From: Diplonema japonicum
Lineage: Eukaryota; Protista; Euglenozoa: Diplonemea
Length of the DNA stretch: 64,000 nt
Direction: 5' to 3'
NCBI GenBank assembly: GCA_964019335.1
Contig: OZ025750.1
Span: 124,001-188,000, forward strand
Position 1 is the first letter of the stretch. Each line of letters starts with the position of its first letter. Shown one piece after another: positions 45,034 through 57,601 of the stretch. The translations under genes were made by a program, and so were the position numbers. Under the pieces are notes generated by a model. It made no database searches and was not told the origin of the DNA. It saw only the letters and a program-made list of their open reading frames with translations.

Positions 45034-47554
45034 ATGCCGAGCATCAAGGTTCTGAACATCGGGTTGGTGCTCATGTGCATTGTGCTGACAGCGTTCATCT
45101 GCACGTTCCTAGCGATAAGCAGCAACGACGCGGCCCTCGACGACACGAAGGAGTCGCGCGACACCTCCGTCGACTCCTGCTTCAAGACAGGAGAGGAATC
45201 CGTTCAGAACAGAACCAGCGAATTCTTGGATTTAGTGCTGAAAAACGTCATTGGTTACTTAGACCAAAGGGTTCTTCGGCCCTTGGAGACAGAGATCAAG
45301 GAGTGGGCTGACGAGCTACAATCTTACCCATGGGACACTGTAAAACGGTGGGAATGGCACAACAAGGCAAGGTACTACTGGGCCTTCATAAACCTCCGGG
45401 AGGCAGGGCTGACCTACGGGGGATTCGCTCTGAGGAACGAACTTCTGCTGTATTACGCTGAATATATGGATACTGTAATGAGGGGTCCTGACGAGTACCA
45501 CTACTTGGAATTGAATGTTAACTTCGGTGCCGACCACCCATGGGGCGGGAAGGGAAGGAGCTTCACCTCCGCCATTATACACCCCACTGGCCAGTCTACA
45601 GTTTCTAACCCCCTATCGGAGGTGCACATGAACCGAAGTACCTGTCAAAGGAGCGGTCTCGCCACCAACGGGAGCACCCCTGACGAAGCGTGCTTCATGA
45701 CAGATTTCTCGGAGCGAGGAATCCATCGGTGGGGTCGATTGATGCCACCTGGCTTCATTTTGTGGTCCCCACCATATACATCGGGGGTCTACTCCACCGT
45801 TGATCTCACAGCCCCCGTTTACCACAACTGGGTGTACTCTGGTGTGGTCACGTACAGCCTAGAGCTCGAGCGGGTCAAGCTCTTCTTGCAGCAGATGAAC
45901 ATCGGTGGGCCTGTGGACGGGCACCCATCACGGAGCCGCATTTTCATCAATATAAGAAGCCATTTTGTTTTTCCCGAGGCGGCTGGTAGACTGGTGAGTT
46001 CGTCACACGGAAAGTATGAAGCAATATTCTACTCTCTTTTAACCCACAGCCCACAGTGTCATTTCCCCGACTGCTGACTTAATGCTGCCTCAGAACAGCA
46101 CCGACAGCATCATCCGCAACACAGCCTTGTACACTGAGGCGAACCAAATCGACCTGGACGAGTTATTTCTGTCAGAGAGAGTGACTGAACTGAATATCTC
46201 AACCGACCTAGCCCCCGAGGGGGAGAGATTCTTCTACAGAGTGGGAAGACTTACCTACAGCAACGAGACACTGGACTGGTACTTGCACGTTGTAATGGAC
46301 AGGGCGTACATTTTGGGCAGCATCGACAAGAAGACAGCGGAGACGAAGGACACGATCAGTGCAGCAGAGAAGAAGGTCGACGACGACCTGAACAGTGCGC
46401 GTGCTGTCCTCTACTCCTCCGTTGCTGCGATTGCTGTCGGGCTCACTGTGGTATCTGTTGTCTTCGTGTTGAGGGTCATCAGGCCGCTTGAAGCCCTTCA
46501 ACAGGAAATGTCGTTTGTGGCAGTGATGAGACTTGAGGAGGTGGACACGAAGAAGCCTCTAAGCAGCCTTCAAGAGGTTCGCTTGATGCAAATCAGTTTC
46601 CTTCAGGTGATGAGGAACCTTGCGGAGTACAGGAACTACATGCCCGCTTCTGTCTTTCATGAATCGGAAGAAGACAATGTATCAGAACTTACCCTTAGCT
46701 GCAGCAAGAAGTCTACCGAGATTCCGTCCACAGTTGATGCTAATCAGAGATGTGCGGGACAGCTTGAGTCCACAGAAGCTAAGAAGAAGAAGGTGACACT
46801 TGCGTCATGCAACATCCTCTCTTTTCTGAACAGTGCTGACAGCGAGATGCAGGTGCTGAGAATTATCACCGACTACTTGACGATGACACTGGCTCAGGTG
46901 AGGAGGACGAAGGGCATCCCTGACAGCTTCAGCGGGGACAGGCTGTACGTTTCGTGGAACGGGGCCCGCATCTGTCCCTCACACAGGACAGCGGCCTACA
47001 ACTGTGCGAGGGGGATCACGGCTGACACCTCTCTTGGGAAGCGGTTCTCCATCGGGATCGTGTCTGGAGAGGTGAGGTGCGGGAACATGGGTTGCGATGG
47101 GATGAAGAAGTACACGTTCGTCGGGTCGCTTTCATCGTGGGTCCACATCGTGGAGCGGGTGGGGAGGGCATGTGGTGCGGACATCGCTATCGACAGCATC
47201 GTCCGTGAGGAGGTGGCGACCGTCGCCTTCACAAGGTCCCTGCAGCACGTGCAGTACGAGAAGCACTCTTCCAAGACCCTGGTTGTCCACGAAGCGATGC
47301 ATGAGAAGGAGGTGAAGGAAGAGGAGTGGATGTACCAGCTTGCAGAGGGCGACAGCAAAGATATCAATCTGATGTACAACACAAGTTACGAGCTGTTCAT
47401 GAAGGGGAACGTGGAGGGGGCTGTGAAGGCACTGGAGGAGTTTCCTGACGATGGCTCTGAGGTGATGAAGAGGTTCCGAAGAAAACTGTCATCGGCAGCT
47501 TTAGACGTAACTCTGTGCAACCCTTTAGGTGTGGACGGTTTGATCTTCGCGTAG
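45034..47554 (+). CDS. Receptor-type cyclase-like protein, paralog 3; two exons (45034-46013, 46057-47554)
   Basis: Removing a 43-nt GT..AG intron (46014-46056) joins ORFs 45019 and 46082 in frame, giving SSHGNVISP (paralog 2: SSHGNVLVA). Alternative in-frame ATG at 45019. Confidence 0.8.
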
Positions 47555-48039
47555 CACTGCTGGGCGATCCCTTTTGAGTACTTTTCAATAGCCTTGGTGC
47601 GTAGTCATGCAGCTACAAGAAAAGAAAACTGCAGTATGGTTGGAACCTTTTCAAAACAGCACCGGCATAAAAATGGGGTTCTGAACATGCTCATGTGCAT
47701 TGTGCTGACGGCATTCAGCCGAAAAAAAGACCGAAAAGAATAGTTATCCTTCTACAAATAGGAACCAAAGCATCCTGCCTTCCGGATAGGTTCACAGTAT
47801 TGTTTTTCTTTTTCATTTTTCATAGCACATCCACCACCTTCCCCTGCCATCAAATAGCGGTATATTCCCGGACGTCCTCAGGTACTGTGCCGTTGGAGGC
47901 GTTGCGCATGTCTCCTATTATCCTTTGGTAGTCCGTCGGGGATCAACTCTGGGGGGGGGGAAACAATATTTTATTTCCTTTTCTTTTTTTGCTATTCACA
48001 AAAAGGAAAAGGAAGGGGGGGCGGGTGGGGGGGGCCGAG

Positions 48040-51000
48040 ATGAGAAACATCAGAAAGCTTCTGAGCATCAGAGTGCTAAGCATCGGGTTGGTGCTCATGT
48101 GCATCGTGGTGACGGCGTTCGTCTGCACGTTCCTCGCGATAAGCAGCAACGACGCGGCCCTCGACGACACGAAGGAGTCGCGCGACACCTCCGTCGACTC
48201 CTGCTTCAAGACGGGAGAAACATCAATCAGAAACAGGACTATTGAATACGTCGATCTGTTAATGGAGAAGGTCAACGACCACACCAAACAGTTCTTAATT
48301 CAGCAAACATCTTACTCCGGCACTTTGGCAAAAGAGCTAGAAGCCATGCCCTGGAACACCATTAAAAACCTGGAGTGGCACAACTTAGGAAGGTACTACT
48401 GGGCATTCAGAAACCTTCGTAAAGCGGGCATCACAATCTCACAACTGCGTCTCCGGAACAACGCCACAATACAATACAGTGAGGGGAATACAATGACCAA
48501 GGTCATGCTGCGTTACGGTGCGGAGCACCCTTGGGGTGCTGTGGGGGGATTTATCGCCGATGCACACACGAAAACCGGAAAACCGTTACTTGTTACAGAC
48601 CCAACTGTTGATGTGAACATGAATGCGTCGGATTGCAAGAGATCTACAAACGTCTCCATCCCAAACGAGCCCTGCACAGCTCAAGAGTTAGATTTTACCG
48701 AGCAAGCAGAGATGGTCCCGATGGGAAAGTCTCTGTGGTTCCCTCCCACCATGATGTCAGGGAGGATATTCATCGCGCTGCTGTCTCCGATCCACCACGA
48801 CGGAGTCCGTACTGGTTATGTTTCGACTGGGGCAGGGTTGACCCATCTCAGCGTGTTTTTGTCATCGTTGAGCATTGGGGGTCCTGCCTACGGGTACCCT
48901 TCGAGGAGCAGGGTTTACATAACGATTCGCAGCAGCTGGGTGCACGGCTCTGCTGGTGTTCTCATCGGAGCCTCGCACGGACGGTGTGATTTCTTTTTTT
49001 TTTTTTTTTTTTAGACGGGGGAGTGACGGCCAACCTGAAGAAGATGGACAAAGTGATGCGGACGGCGTGGTCGGACATCTTCTGCGCACGAACACCAGAA
49101 GACGAGCCGCAGTTCGACGAGTTCCAGAGACGGTACGGTGAGCACATCAAGAGCAACCCGATGGCACACGCCCCCATCGACGCCAAGCTGCTGAAAGAGG
49201 TGATCGGTAAGAAAGCGGACAAGGGGGCATGCGGCGTGGACGGCTGGCGGATTGGTGAGTTGAAGCGCCTGCCGGCTCCGATCCTACAAGCGTTTGCGGA
49301 CCTCTTCAACTTGATAGAGGAGACGGGCGAATGGCCGATGCAGGTCACGACGGCACTCGTATCCCTCATCCCAAAGGGGGAAGGAACGGCACCTCTGGAT
49401 CACCGACCGATCACAGTGACCAGTACCATTTACCGGCTGTGGGCAAGTGCACGACTGGTGCAGGTGCTGAAATGGCAGGAGAGGTGGATCACACCACGAC
49501 AACATGGTTTCAGGCCTAAACACAGCACGACCTCGGCGCTGATTGACTTATGCACGAAGCTAGAACTGGCACTGGTGGAGGACGAGCCGCTAGAAGGACT
49601 TGCATTGGACTTCAGGAAGTGCTTCGACCTGGTCCCGCAACAATTGTCGCGCGAACTGATGCTGGCCCTGGGACTAGACCCAGCAATCGCACGAGCACTC
49701 CAAGGAATGTACGGGCAGATCTCGAGGAGATTCAAGTTCCCCATAGGAATAGGGGCCACCTTTAAAGCAACGAATGGGATACTCCAGGGGTGCCCGCTGT
49801 CGGTGATCATTATAAACGCCTTACTGGCGGTGATGATCAGGACAATCGAGAAGGAAGCACCTGGAACGGAGGTTCTGTCCTATGCAGATGACACGTACCT
49901 TCTGGCAGAGTTGGAGAAGACCTTGCAGGCTGGTAAACGGAACTTTGGAGTTCTGCGGACTCACTGGGATGAAGCTTAACCCGGAGAAAACGGTAGCGTT
50001 TGGCACGAAGAAGGGCTTCCGGTCAAAAGTGCTGGGTGATAGGACAGTAACACAGAAAGGGAGAGAGGTCGCAGTCCCCTATAGAACAGTGACGTCGTTC
50101 AAGGCACTGGGCGTGATGGTGTTCACGAACAGGACAGGAACGACGTGGAACGAGCCAGCGACGGAAGCGGCCAACAAGCTAGACCGGCTGGGAGGGACAA
50201 GCCTGTCCTTCGAAACAAAAGGATACCTGATTGGAGCATCGGTCTTGCCGTCGTGCCTCTACAGCAGCCCGTTCTCCCCTCCGAGTGATGAGGCGCTGAA
50301 GAAGCTAACAACGAGAGTGACCTGCAACCTATGGGGGCCTCACTTCCGAGGACGATCGCCTGCAGCGGTGAATACGGTTTTGCTGAAAGGACACATCAAT
50401 GACCCGTTGTCCTACGTCATCTGTCACTCGCTAAAAGTGATATCGAGCGCGCTGGAAAGGACAGGTCTTGGACAGAGAGTGCGACAAATAGTGCAGAGGT
50501 ACGGCTCACAGAGGACCCCCTTGGGACCGGTGGGGAATCTGATATGCAGGTGGATGCCGAGAATCGGATGGGACTGGGAGAAGATGGAAATAGCCACAGA
50601 ACTTGAGTGGCCCAGCGAGGAAGCGCCTTCAGGGCGGCTGTAAGGGCAGCCAGGAGTGCGACACTAGCAACGGAACGGAAGACGGTCAGCGGACTCGGGG
50701 AAGGAGCAGATCCCAAAACGAATGACCTCTGGAGGACAGCTAAAGATCGCCATCTAGCTTTCTGTATCAAGAGGGTAATTGCGGGAGGGATTCCCTACCT
50801 AAGTCCGTATGCCAGAGCAGGACCAAAGTGTGTACCCCCCACGAATGAGGACGACGAGTCCGAGGACGGAGCGAAGAAGAGGAAGATCAAGACGAGCCAG
50901 CGGCGCATGAAGGACAAGACGAGGCGGGATTTGAATGTGACCTCTGCCCGACCAAGCATGCGGACACAGTAACACTGCTACGCCACCAGCTGTACGAGTG

Positions 51001-53359
51001 CCCGCCAGCACGAGAGGAGCTGATACGGGAGGAGATGGAACCACTGCGCGACAGGACGGGATGGCCGCTCTGCCTCGAGCTGCATGCCATCCTACCAAGG
51101 GGGAACGGGTTCGAACACCTGGAGAAGCTGCAGCGATACCTGGCAATGGTGGTGGAAAAGCGGGACGAAGGGCTGATGCAGGCAGAAGGCGGCAACAAGA
51201 AGCTACCATGGGAGCGGGAAGTGACAGGCAAAGTGACCCGGTACCGACGACAGCACAGCTGGGGACAGTGGTGGGACTGCTGGAGCAATTCGGGGAACCA
51301 CTACTGGAATGGATGGGAAAGCTGCGATGGGTGGAGGGCGACACCGACTCGGAGGTTTCGGCAGCTGAACTTGCACTCGACTTTGAGGAGACAACCGGTA
51401 AGTCACTGGGAGTCTACAACATGCAGAGGAAGGCACGCAGAATCAAGCTGTTGGTGGAGAGAGCCAACGCAGTGTGCAGAACGAGACGGATAAGACGCCC
51501 TTCCCTGCGGACGGGGCAAAGAGGGTCAAGTCGCTCACAGCGATCGGAGGCAAGGCTGCAATAGGCTTTAACAAGAGACCGATCTTCGCATCAAGACAGA
51601 CAGCGCAAAAGCTACAGGAGTTGAAAGGGACATACAAGAAAGAACGCGTGTCGAGACTACGAAAAGCTTTAAAGGCGACAATAGGAACGAAGGCTATGCT
51701 CCAGAAGGGGAGCATTAATAGATAGGAACTCACACCACAAGAGGCTGTCCTCGAGTGGGATTGTCTTTTACTATGAGTTTTTTTTTAAGAATTCACCACA
51801 GAACGGTGGACCACGAAGCTTACGCTGTGATTAAGCCAACGCAAAGCTCCGACACTATTATCATACAAGTCTCCAGCATCACACAGAACAGGGACTTCGA
51901 TGCGATGACCAGGGACACCAGCATCGTGAACATGACGGTTTCCACAGAGTATGCCCCAGACGGAGAAGTGTTTTACTTCAGGTATTCAAGAAACAAAGTC
52001 AAAAAAAAAAAAAAAAAAAGGGTAGCCAGGCTGTTTGACAACCACGGTATAGACTGGTACATCCACGCCACTATGGACAGGGCGTACATACAGGGCAGCA
52101 TCGACAACAAGACAGCGGAGACGAAGGACGCGATCAATACAGCAGAGAAGAAGGTCGACGACGATCTAGAAGCTGCCCGCCTTCTCCTCTTCTTACTGGT
52201 GTCGATCATTGGCGTAGTCCTCACCTTGGTCTCTGGAACATTTGTTGTTTTCGGGATTATTAAACCCATCGAGTCTCTTGAAAGGGATATGTCACTTGTA
52301 GCTGTTCTAAAACTCGACAATGTGATCAAACCAAAGACCCTGAGCAAGCTTCGCGAGGTTCGCCGCATGCAAGTCAGCTGTATACAAATGACAAGGGGTC
52401 TTGTTGAGTACAGAAACTACATGCCAGCTTCGGTTCTTCACGCTAACGAGACGGATGACAATCAGATTGAAGAAGAAAAGTCGGTATCCATGTCTAGCAG
52501 CCACATGAAGATGAAACGGCTTTCCAGCTCCCTTAACCGAATGCACGCATTGATGGTCTTGGATATAAAAAACAAAAAGGTCACCCTTCTCGCCTGCAAC
52601 ATGTTAGCCTTCCTCACACAGGTCAAGAAGGTTGAAGACTCTTTGGAGTCGAGCTCTCTCATCACATCCATTGTGTGCGACTATCTCTCCATGGCTCTCA
52701 TCCCTGTAGCAGCAACAAAGGGCATCCCGGACAGCTTCAACGGGGACAGGCTGTACGCTTCGTGGAATGGTGTAAGAATATGTTCTTCCCACAGAACTGC
52801 CGCATACACCTGTGCGAGGGTGATAACAAACACTAAATTGAGCGGGAAGCGGTTCTCCATCGGGATCGTGTCTGGAGAGGTGAAGTGCGGGAACATGGGT
52901 TGCGATGGGATGAAGAAGTACACGTTCGTCGGGTCGCTTTCATCGTGGGTCCACATCGTGGAGCGGGTGGGGAGGGCATGTGGTGCGGACATCGCTATCG
53001 ACAGCATCGTCCGCGAGGAGATCGTCAACACTGCCTACACAAGATCCTTGCGGCACGTTGTGTTCGCAAAGCACTCTGACAAAGTCCTATTAATCAGCGA
53101 AGCGATGCAGGAAAAGGAGGTGAAGGAAGAGGAGTGGATGTACCAGCTTGCAGAGGGCGACAGCAAGGACCCTCATAAGGAGTACAACCTCAGCTACGAC
53201 CTGTTTATGAAGGGTGACGTCAAAAAAGCCATTCTAGCAATCGAAGAAGTTGGAGACACCACAACGGTAATGTGGCAGTACAAGGAAAGACTGGAGAAGG
53301 CCGTGACGAACCCCGTGCTGTGCGAACCACTAGGTAGGTACGAAATGTTGGTGAATTGA
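48040..53359 (+). CDS. Receptor-type cyclase-like protein, paralog 4; three exons (48040-48983, 51802-51981, 52021-53359)
   Basis: Phase-2 GT..AG introns at the same codons as in paralogs 3/5; intron 1 (48984-51801) contains a LINE; removing intron 2 (39 nt, A-rich) restores FYFRVARL (cf. FFYRVGRF). Confidence 0.72.
49013..51778 (+). mobile_element. 5'-truncated, frameshifted non-LTR retrotransposon inside an intron
   Basis: RT motifs CGVDGW, RPIT, QHGFR, LDFRKCFDLV, GILQGCPLS, YADD; C-terminal ELALDFEETTG and GFNKRPIF; several frameshifts; T-runs on both sides. Confidence 0.88.
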
Positions 53360-53703
53360 CGGCGGGCATCAGATCAGCGCTTTTTACAAGGCGGGTGGTG
53401 TTTTCTTCCCTTTTCAAAATGTCCAGTTCCCCCCCCCCCCCCCGCCCAGTAGCATTTTTTGCACGCCTCTGTAAACATTTTTCCCCCCCCCCCACTATTC
53501 TTTTTTTTTCGTGTTTTACTTCACACAATTTCTGAACCTGCCAATAAAGATAAAAAGAATGCCTTTTTTTTTTTTTTTTTTTTTGTTACAAATATTTATC
53601 TTTCAAAAAATGATTTTATAACTATATGCAACTTGTGCCGAGCAAAAAACTTTCGCAGCTTTTTAAAAATCTTTTTTGCTCGTGCGAACAACAAAAAAGT
53701 AAA

Positions 53704-54615
53704 ATGCCGCCGAAGACTGCCAAAGCGGGTGGAGAGAGGGTTGGATCACCCACCTCCCCGCCTCCGTGCCAGACGCCAGGCCGGAGTGAGGCGACCCCTA
53801 AGAGAACCAGGGTCGACCGGCTCGTCGAGCAGGCCGTTCAGAGGGCCATCTCCGAGCTGCTCCCCACGGTTAGGGACCGGGTGGAGAGTTCGCACCTTGG
53901 GTCGGGACATCGGCTGGAACTCTCAGCCGACCGAGCTGATCGAGGGCCAAGCGCCGAGGGTACGACTGGGGTCAACCTCCCCGGAATTCGCGACGGAAGG
54001 CGCAGACGCCTAGCCTCGCAGTCTTCCGCGGACTCGGAGGGTTTTCGCGACGAGCCAAGCGCCGACGACTCACCACAGGACAACCCCGACACTCAGGCTC
54101 CCCCACCGCTATGGGGTCTGCAAGCCTTAGAGCCGTCGAAGTGGGCGTGGTTAGAGCCGGGCGAGCGCCCCATGGTGGTGGCCAACATCGCCATGCAGTA
54201 CAGGCAGCTGACCGTCGGGCCCCACGCTTGGGAGGCAGGCATGCGGGTCAAGGACTTGCAGGAGATCGTAATGGTCATTGGCTGTCAAGACCCGGTGGAG
54301 CTAAACTCAACGCTTGTCCGCCTCGCCGAGCGAGCCATCATCCGCCTGCAGGCCCTAGAGAGGGGCAGCAGGGACAACTGGGAGGCCGCCGACGCGATCC
54401 AGCAGGCGTTCGACGGGCAGTCGGTCCCTACTTTTTTGAGAAAGGGAGAACGCCTGGCCGAAGAGCTCACCCGTCGACGCAGGAAGCGAAAGCTCACGGA
54501 CAGCGCTACAATGAGGGGAGGCAAAAGCCGCAGGGAAGGCAGGGCGTCCGGGGAGAACGAGGGCAGATCCCGCAGAGGAGGCAGGTCTGGATCGAGGGAT
54601 CGGCGCAGGAAATGA
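53704..54615 (+). CDS. Putative gag-like ORF of the YR element
   Basis: 303-aa ORF from MPPKTAK; helical core and very basic Arg-rich tail; lies directly upstream of YR. Confidence 0.55.
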   Translation: MPPKTAKAGGERVGSPTSPPPCQTPGRSEATPKRTRVDRLVEQAVQRAISELLPTVRDRVESSHLGSGHRLELSADRADRGPSAEGTTGVNLPGIRDGRRRRLASQSSADSEGFRDEPSADDSPQDNPDTQAPPPLWGLQALEPSKWAWLEPGERPMVVANIAMQYRQLTVGPHAWEAGMRVKDLQEIVMVIGCQDPVELNSTLVRLAERAIIRLQALERGSRDNWEAADAIQQAFDGQSVPTFLRKGERLAEELTRRRRKRKLTDSATMRGGKSRREGRASGENEGRSRRGGRSGSRDRRRK

Positions 54616-55578
54616 CAGCGTTGACAGCCTCTCCCCCTGCACCCCACGTACCCCACGCCCCTTATCCAAACTCACATTTTCTTCCTCTCTCTCCCTCTCG
54701 ACAAACAAACAATGTTCCCTCGCTAGGAAGGCCGAAAGTCACCGAACTCCCGCTCACCGCGAAGCAGAAGGTCAGGGTTTTGCGGGAAACATGAGGAGCG
54801 CCCTCAGCGAGCAGTACTGGGCCAGCATCACGTCGGTCTACAGACGTTTCCTGGAGTTCAGGAAGCACTGGGACGTCCCCTCCACTCCTTGGGCCATCAT
54901 CCTTTTCGTCACCAAGTTGATGACACTGAACGACCTGAAGGTGCAGTCGGCGCTACAGTACTGCGTGAACATCAGGGCAGCCGAAGCCAGGTATGGACAG
55001 AGCAGAGCGCTCCGAGATTTCGAACGCAGCCTCCGGCGCCAAGGGGCTTTGCGGCCACAGAAGCAGGCGATTCCTGCTACTCCCATACAGCTTCGGAGGG
55101 CAATGCGCAAGACATCGAGCGAGAAGGTTCGAACCGTCCTCGAACTCGCCTGGTATGGGGCGGCCAGGTGCTCGGATGTCATCCGCCTGAAGTGCAAGGA
55201 CGTGACGGTCATGCCGGGACACATCGCCGTGAACTGGTCCAACACCAAGTCGGACCCTTTTCGACTGGGCATCACGACGGGGGTGGCCGTCTCGGAGAGG
55301 GCCAGACTTTACATCGGACGCACGCTGCTGGAGGCTGGGCCGGACGACCTCCTGTTCGAAGGTGTGAAATACCCCCACGTGAACAGAGCAATGGGCAAAG
55401 GCCTCACGGCCCACTCCATTCGCAGGGGCGCGCTTCACACGCTAATGCGCAGGGGGGCTGCGAAGAATTGCGGGCTGTCTCCCGTCACTCATCGACGACG
55501 GCATTGATGCGGTACCTCCCCCAGGCCGAGGTACACACAGTGAGGGCGACTGCAAAGACCTCTTCTTTGCTCAGGTGA
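54612..55578 (+). pseudogene. Tyrosine recombinase, two frameshifts (~54790, ~55460)
   Basis: AARCSD (R), NTKSD (K), HSIRRG (HxxR) in ORF 54791; SRHSSTTALMRYL (H, Y) in the 54889 frame. Confidence 0.8.
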
Positions 55579-56559
55579 AATTCCCTTTTTCTTTTTTCCG
55601 CAGTTCCGCCAAGGTCAGCCAGGGTGCGGACTACGACCCTTTGGACGGTTTCGAGACTTTCCCGTCGGCTGACCCCTTCATTGGATATGACGCAGAACCG
55701 CGTTTGTTTGGCGTCTCGCCTCCTGCCCAGCGGGGTTCAGACGGCGACATTGCGGCGATATCGAGAAGCAGGATCAGTGTCCCTGCCCTCAAAGAGTTGG
55801 ACGAGCGTGGGATCCTTGACGGTGTCGTCGATGTCATCTGCTGTGAACATGCTTTCCGGGGTGCGCTGAAGGAAGGGGCATTGACAGAGATGGAGGCTCC
55901 GAGGTACTTGAGGGGCACATCGCGAACAACAAAGACATATAGTCATAAAGAATTATTATATTTTTTTTTTTTTTACCTGTTTCGATATGATAAAAATGGA
56001 ATGAAGCGTTTACTCAAGGAGACTTTAAAAAAGAAAAAAAGAGCATAACAGAGCATCGGTCACCACTCTCAACTGACGGGGGGCCGAGCACTGTCACCTA
56101 CACACAAACAGATCACTCAGAACAAGGGCGACATGGATCGCATTTTGGCAAAAAGAAAACCCCCACCCCACGTCTTCTATGGATACTTGGAGAGCTGTGG
56201 TGGCGTACTGAGCGCTGTTTGACTTGTCGCCTTGGCTTTGAAAGATCTGAGGGGGCTTTTTTTTCTCTCCAATTTATCAAAAAAGCGCCTTTTGCATCAC
56301 TTGTTAAGGCTAATCCCCCCCCCGCAAAGCTTCCCCTCAAACCCAAAACAGAGGAAAGAGACTGGACTTTTCACAAAGCCCCCTTCGCTTCCTCTCTTAT
56401 CAACACTTTTTTTTTTTTCTTTTCCCTTTTTTTTTTTTTTTTTTTTTGCAATAATTCTCGAGAGAAGAGAAAAAAAAAAAAAAAAGAAACAAAAAAAGAA
56501 AGGAGGGAGAAAGAAAAAAAAAAAAAAAAAGAAACAAAAAAGAAAAAAGAAAAAAAAAG

Positions 56560-57560
56560 ATGCCGAGCATCAAGTTTTTGAGCACCTCGCTGGTGCTCAT
56601 GTGCATTGTGCTGACAGCGTTCATCTGCACGTTCCTAGCGATACGCAGCAGCGACGCGGCCCTCGACGACACGAAGGAGTCGCGCGACACCTCCGTCGAC
56701 TCCTGCTTCGACATCGGCGAGGAGTCCGTTCAGAACAGGACAACAGAGTACCTCGAGCTCATGCTCAGCAACGTCGTCGACGAGGTAAAGGACCTCTTGG
56801 AACCCCACGTATTGTTTGCAGGCGGGGTGGTCAAAGAACTCCAGGCCGTTGACGTATCCAAGGTTCTGGACTGGAACTACCACAACCCTGCCAGATACTA
56901 TTGGGCTATGAGGAATCTGCGAGCATCTGGATGCACCGACGCAGGCATCTTGTTAAGAAGCAACGTTCAAATCCACTATGAGGAGGACCCTGGTACACTG
57001 AACGCGCTTCCTTCAGAATACCATGACATTGACGGATTATTCAATTTTGGTGACGGGCACCCGGATGGTGGTCCGGCGGAGTACTTCGAGAGCAGTGTCG
57101 ATGAGCTTACCGGTGCTCCCATCATAGATAGCCCGTTTGTTATAAACAGAAACAAGACCTCCTGCAAAAAAGAATCCCTCGAGTCTAAGGGTGCCATCCC
57201 TGACGAGCCTTGCCACCGATCGGGCGGCGACACCACCGAATATGATACCCATCTCATGAAGGTTTACTCGGCGTGGATCATTGGGCCCAACAACCTCAAC
57301 TGGCTCCCGATGCAGATCAAGGGTGACTACCTCGCGGTGAACATGATAGGGCCGATATTCCACAATTGGGCGTTGACCGGTTGGGTTCAGACAGGAGCCG
57401 ATTTGCGGTCCATCAGCAAGTACCTGCAAGGAGTGGAAATCGGCGGACCTGTTGGGGACCATCCATCGAGGTCTAGAATCTTCATCACCATCCGTAAGCA
57501 TGGTTACGACAGTTTCGCAGCTGGGCTCTTGGTCGGTGCGTCGCACGGGAGGTATTTGAG

Positions 57561-57601
<41 letters not shown>

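Larger units (their letters stand above)
53704..55940 (+). mobile_element. Truncated tyrosine-recombinase retroelement (gag-like, YR, start of a third ORF; VIPER/TATE/DIRS-like order)
   Basis: Tightly packed GC-rich ORFs with ATGA overlap at 54612-54615; YR motifs are clear; the third ORF breaks off before any RT motif, so retroelement status is inferred. Confidence 0.65.

Noticed and set aside
46041-46049. First CACAG as the acceptor of the paralog 3 intron
   Set aside because: Out of frame with the downstream exon; the second CACAG (ending 46056) restores the frame and the HGNV homology.
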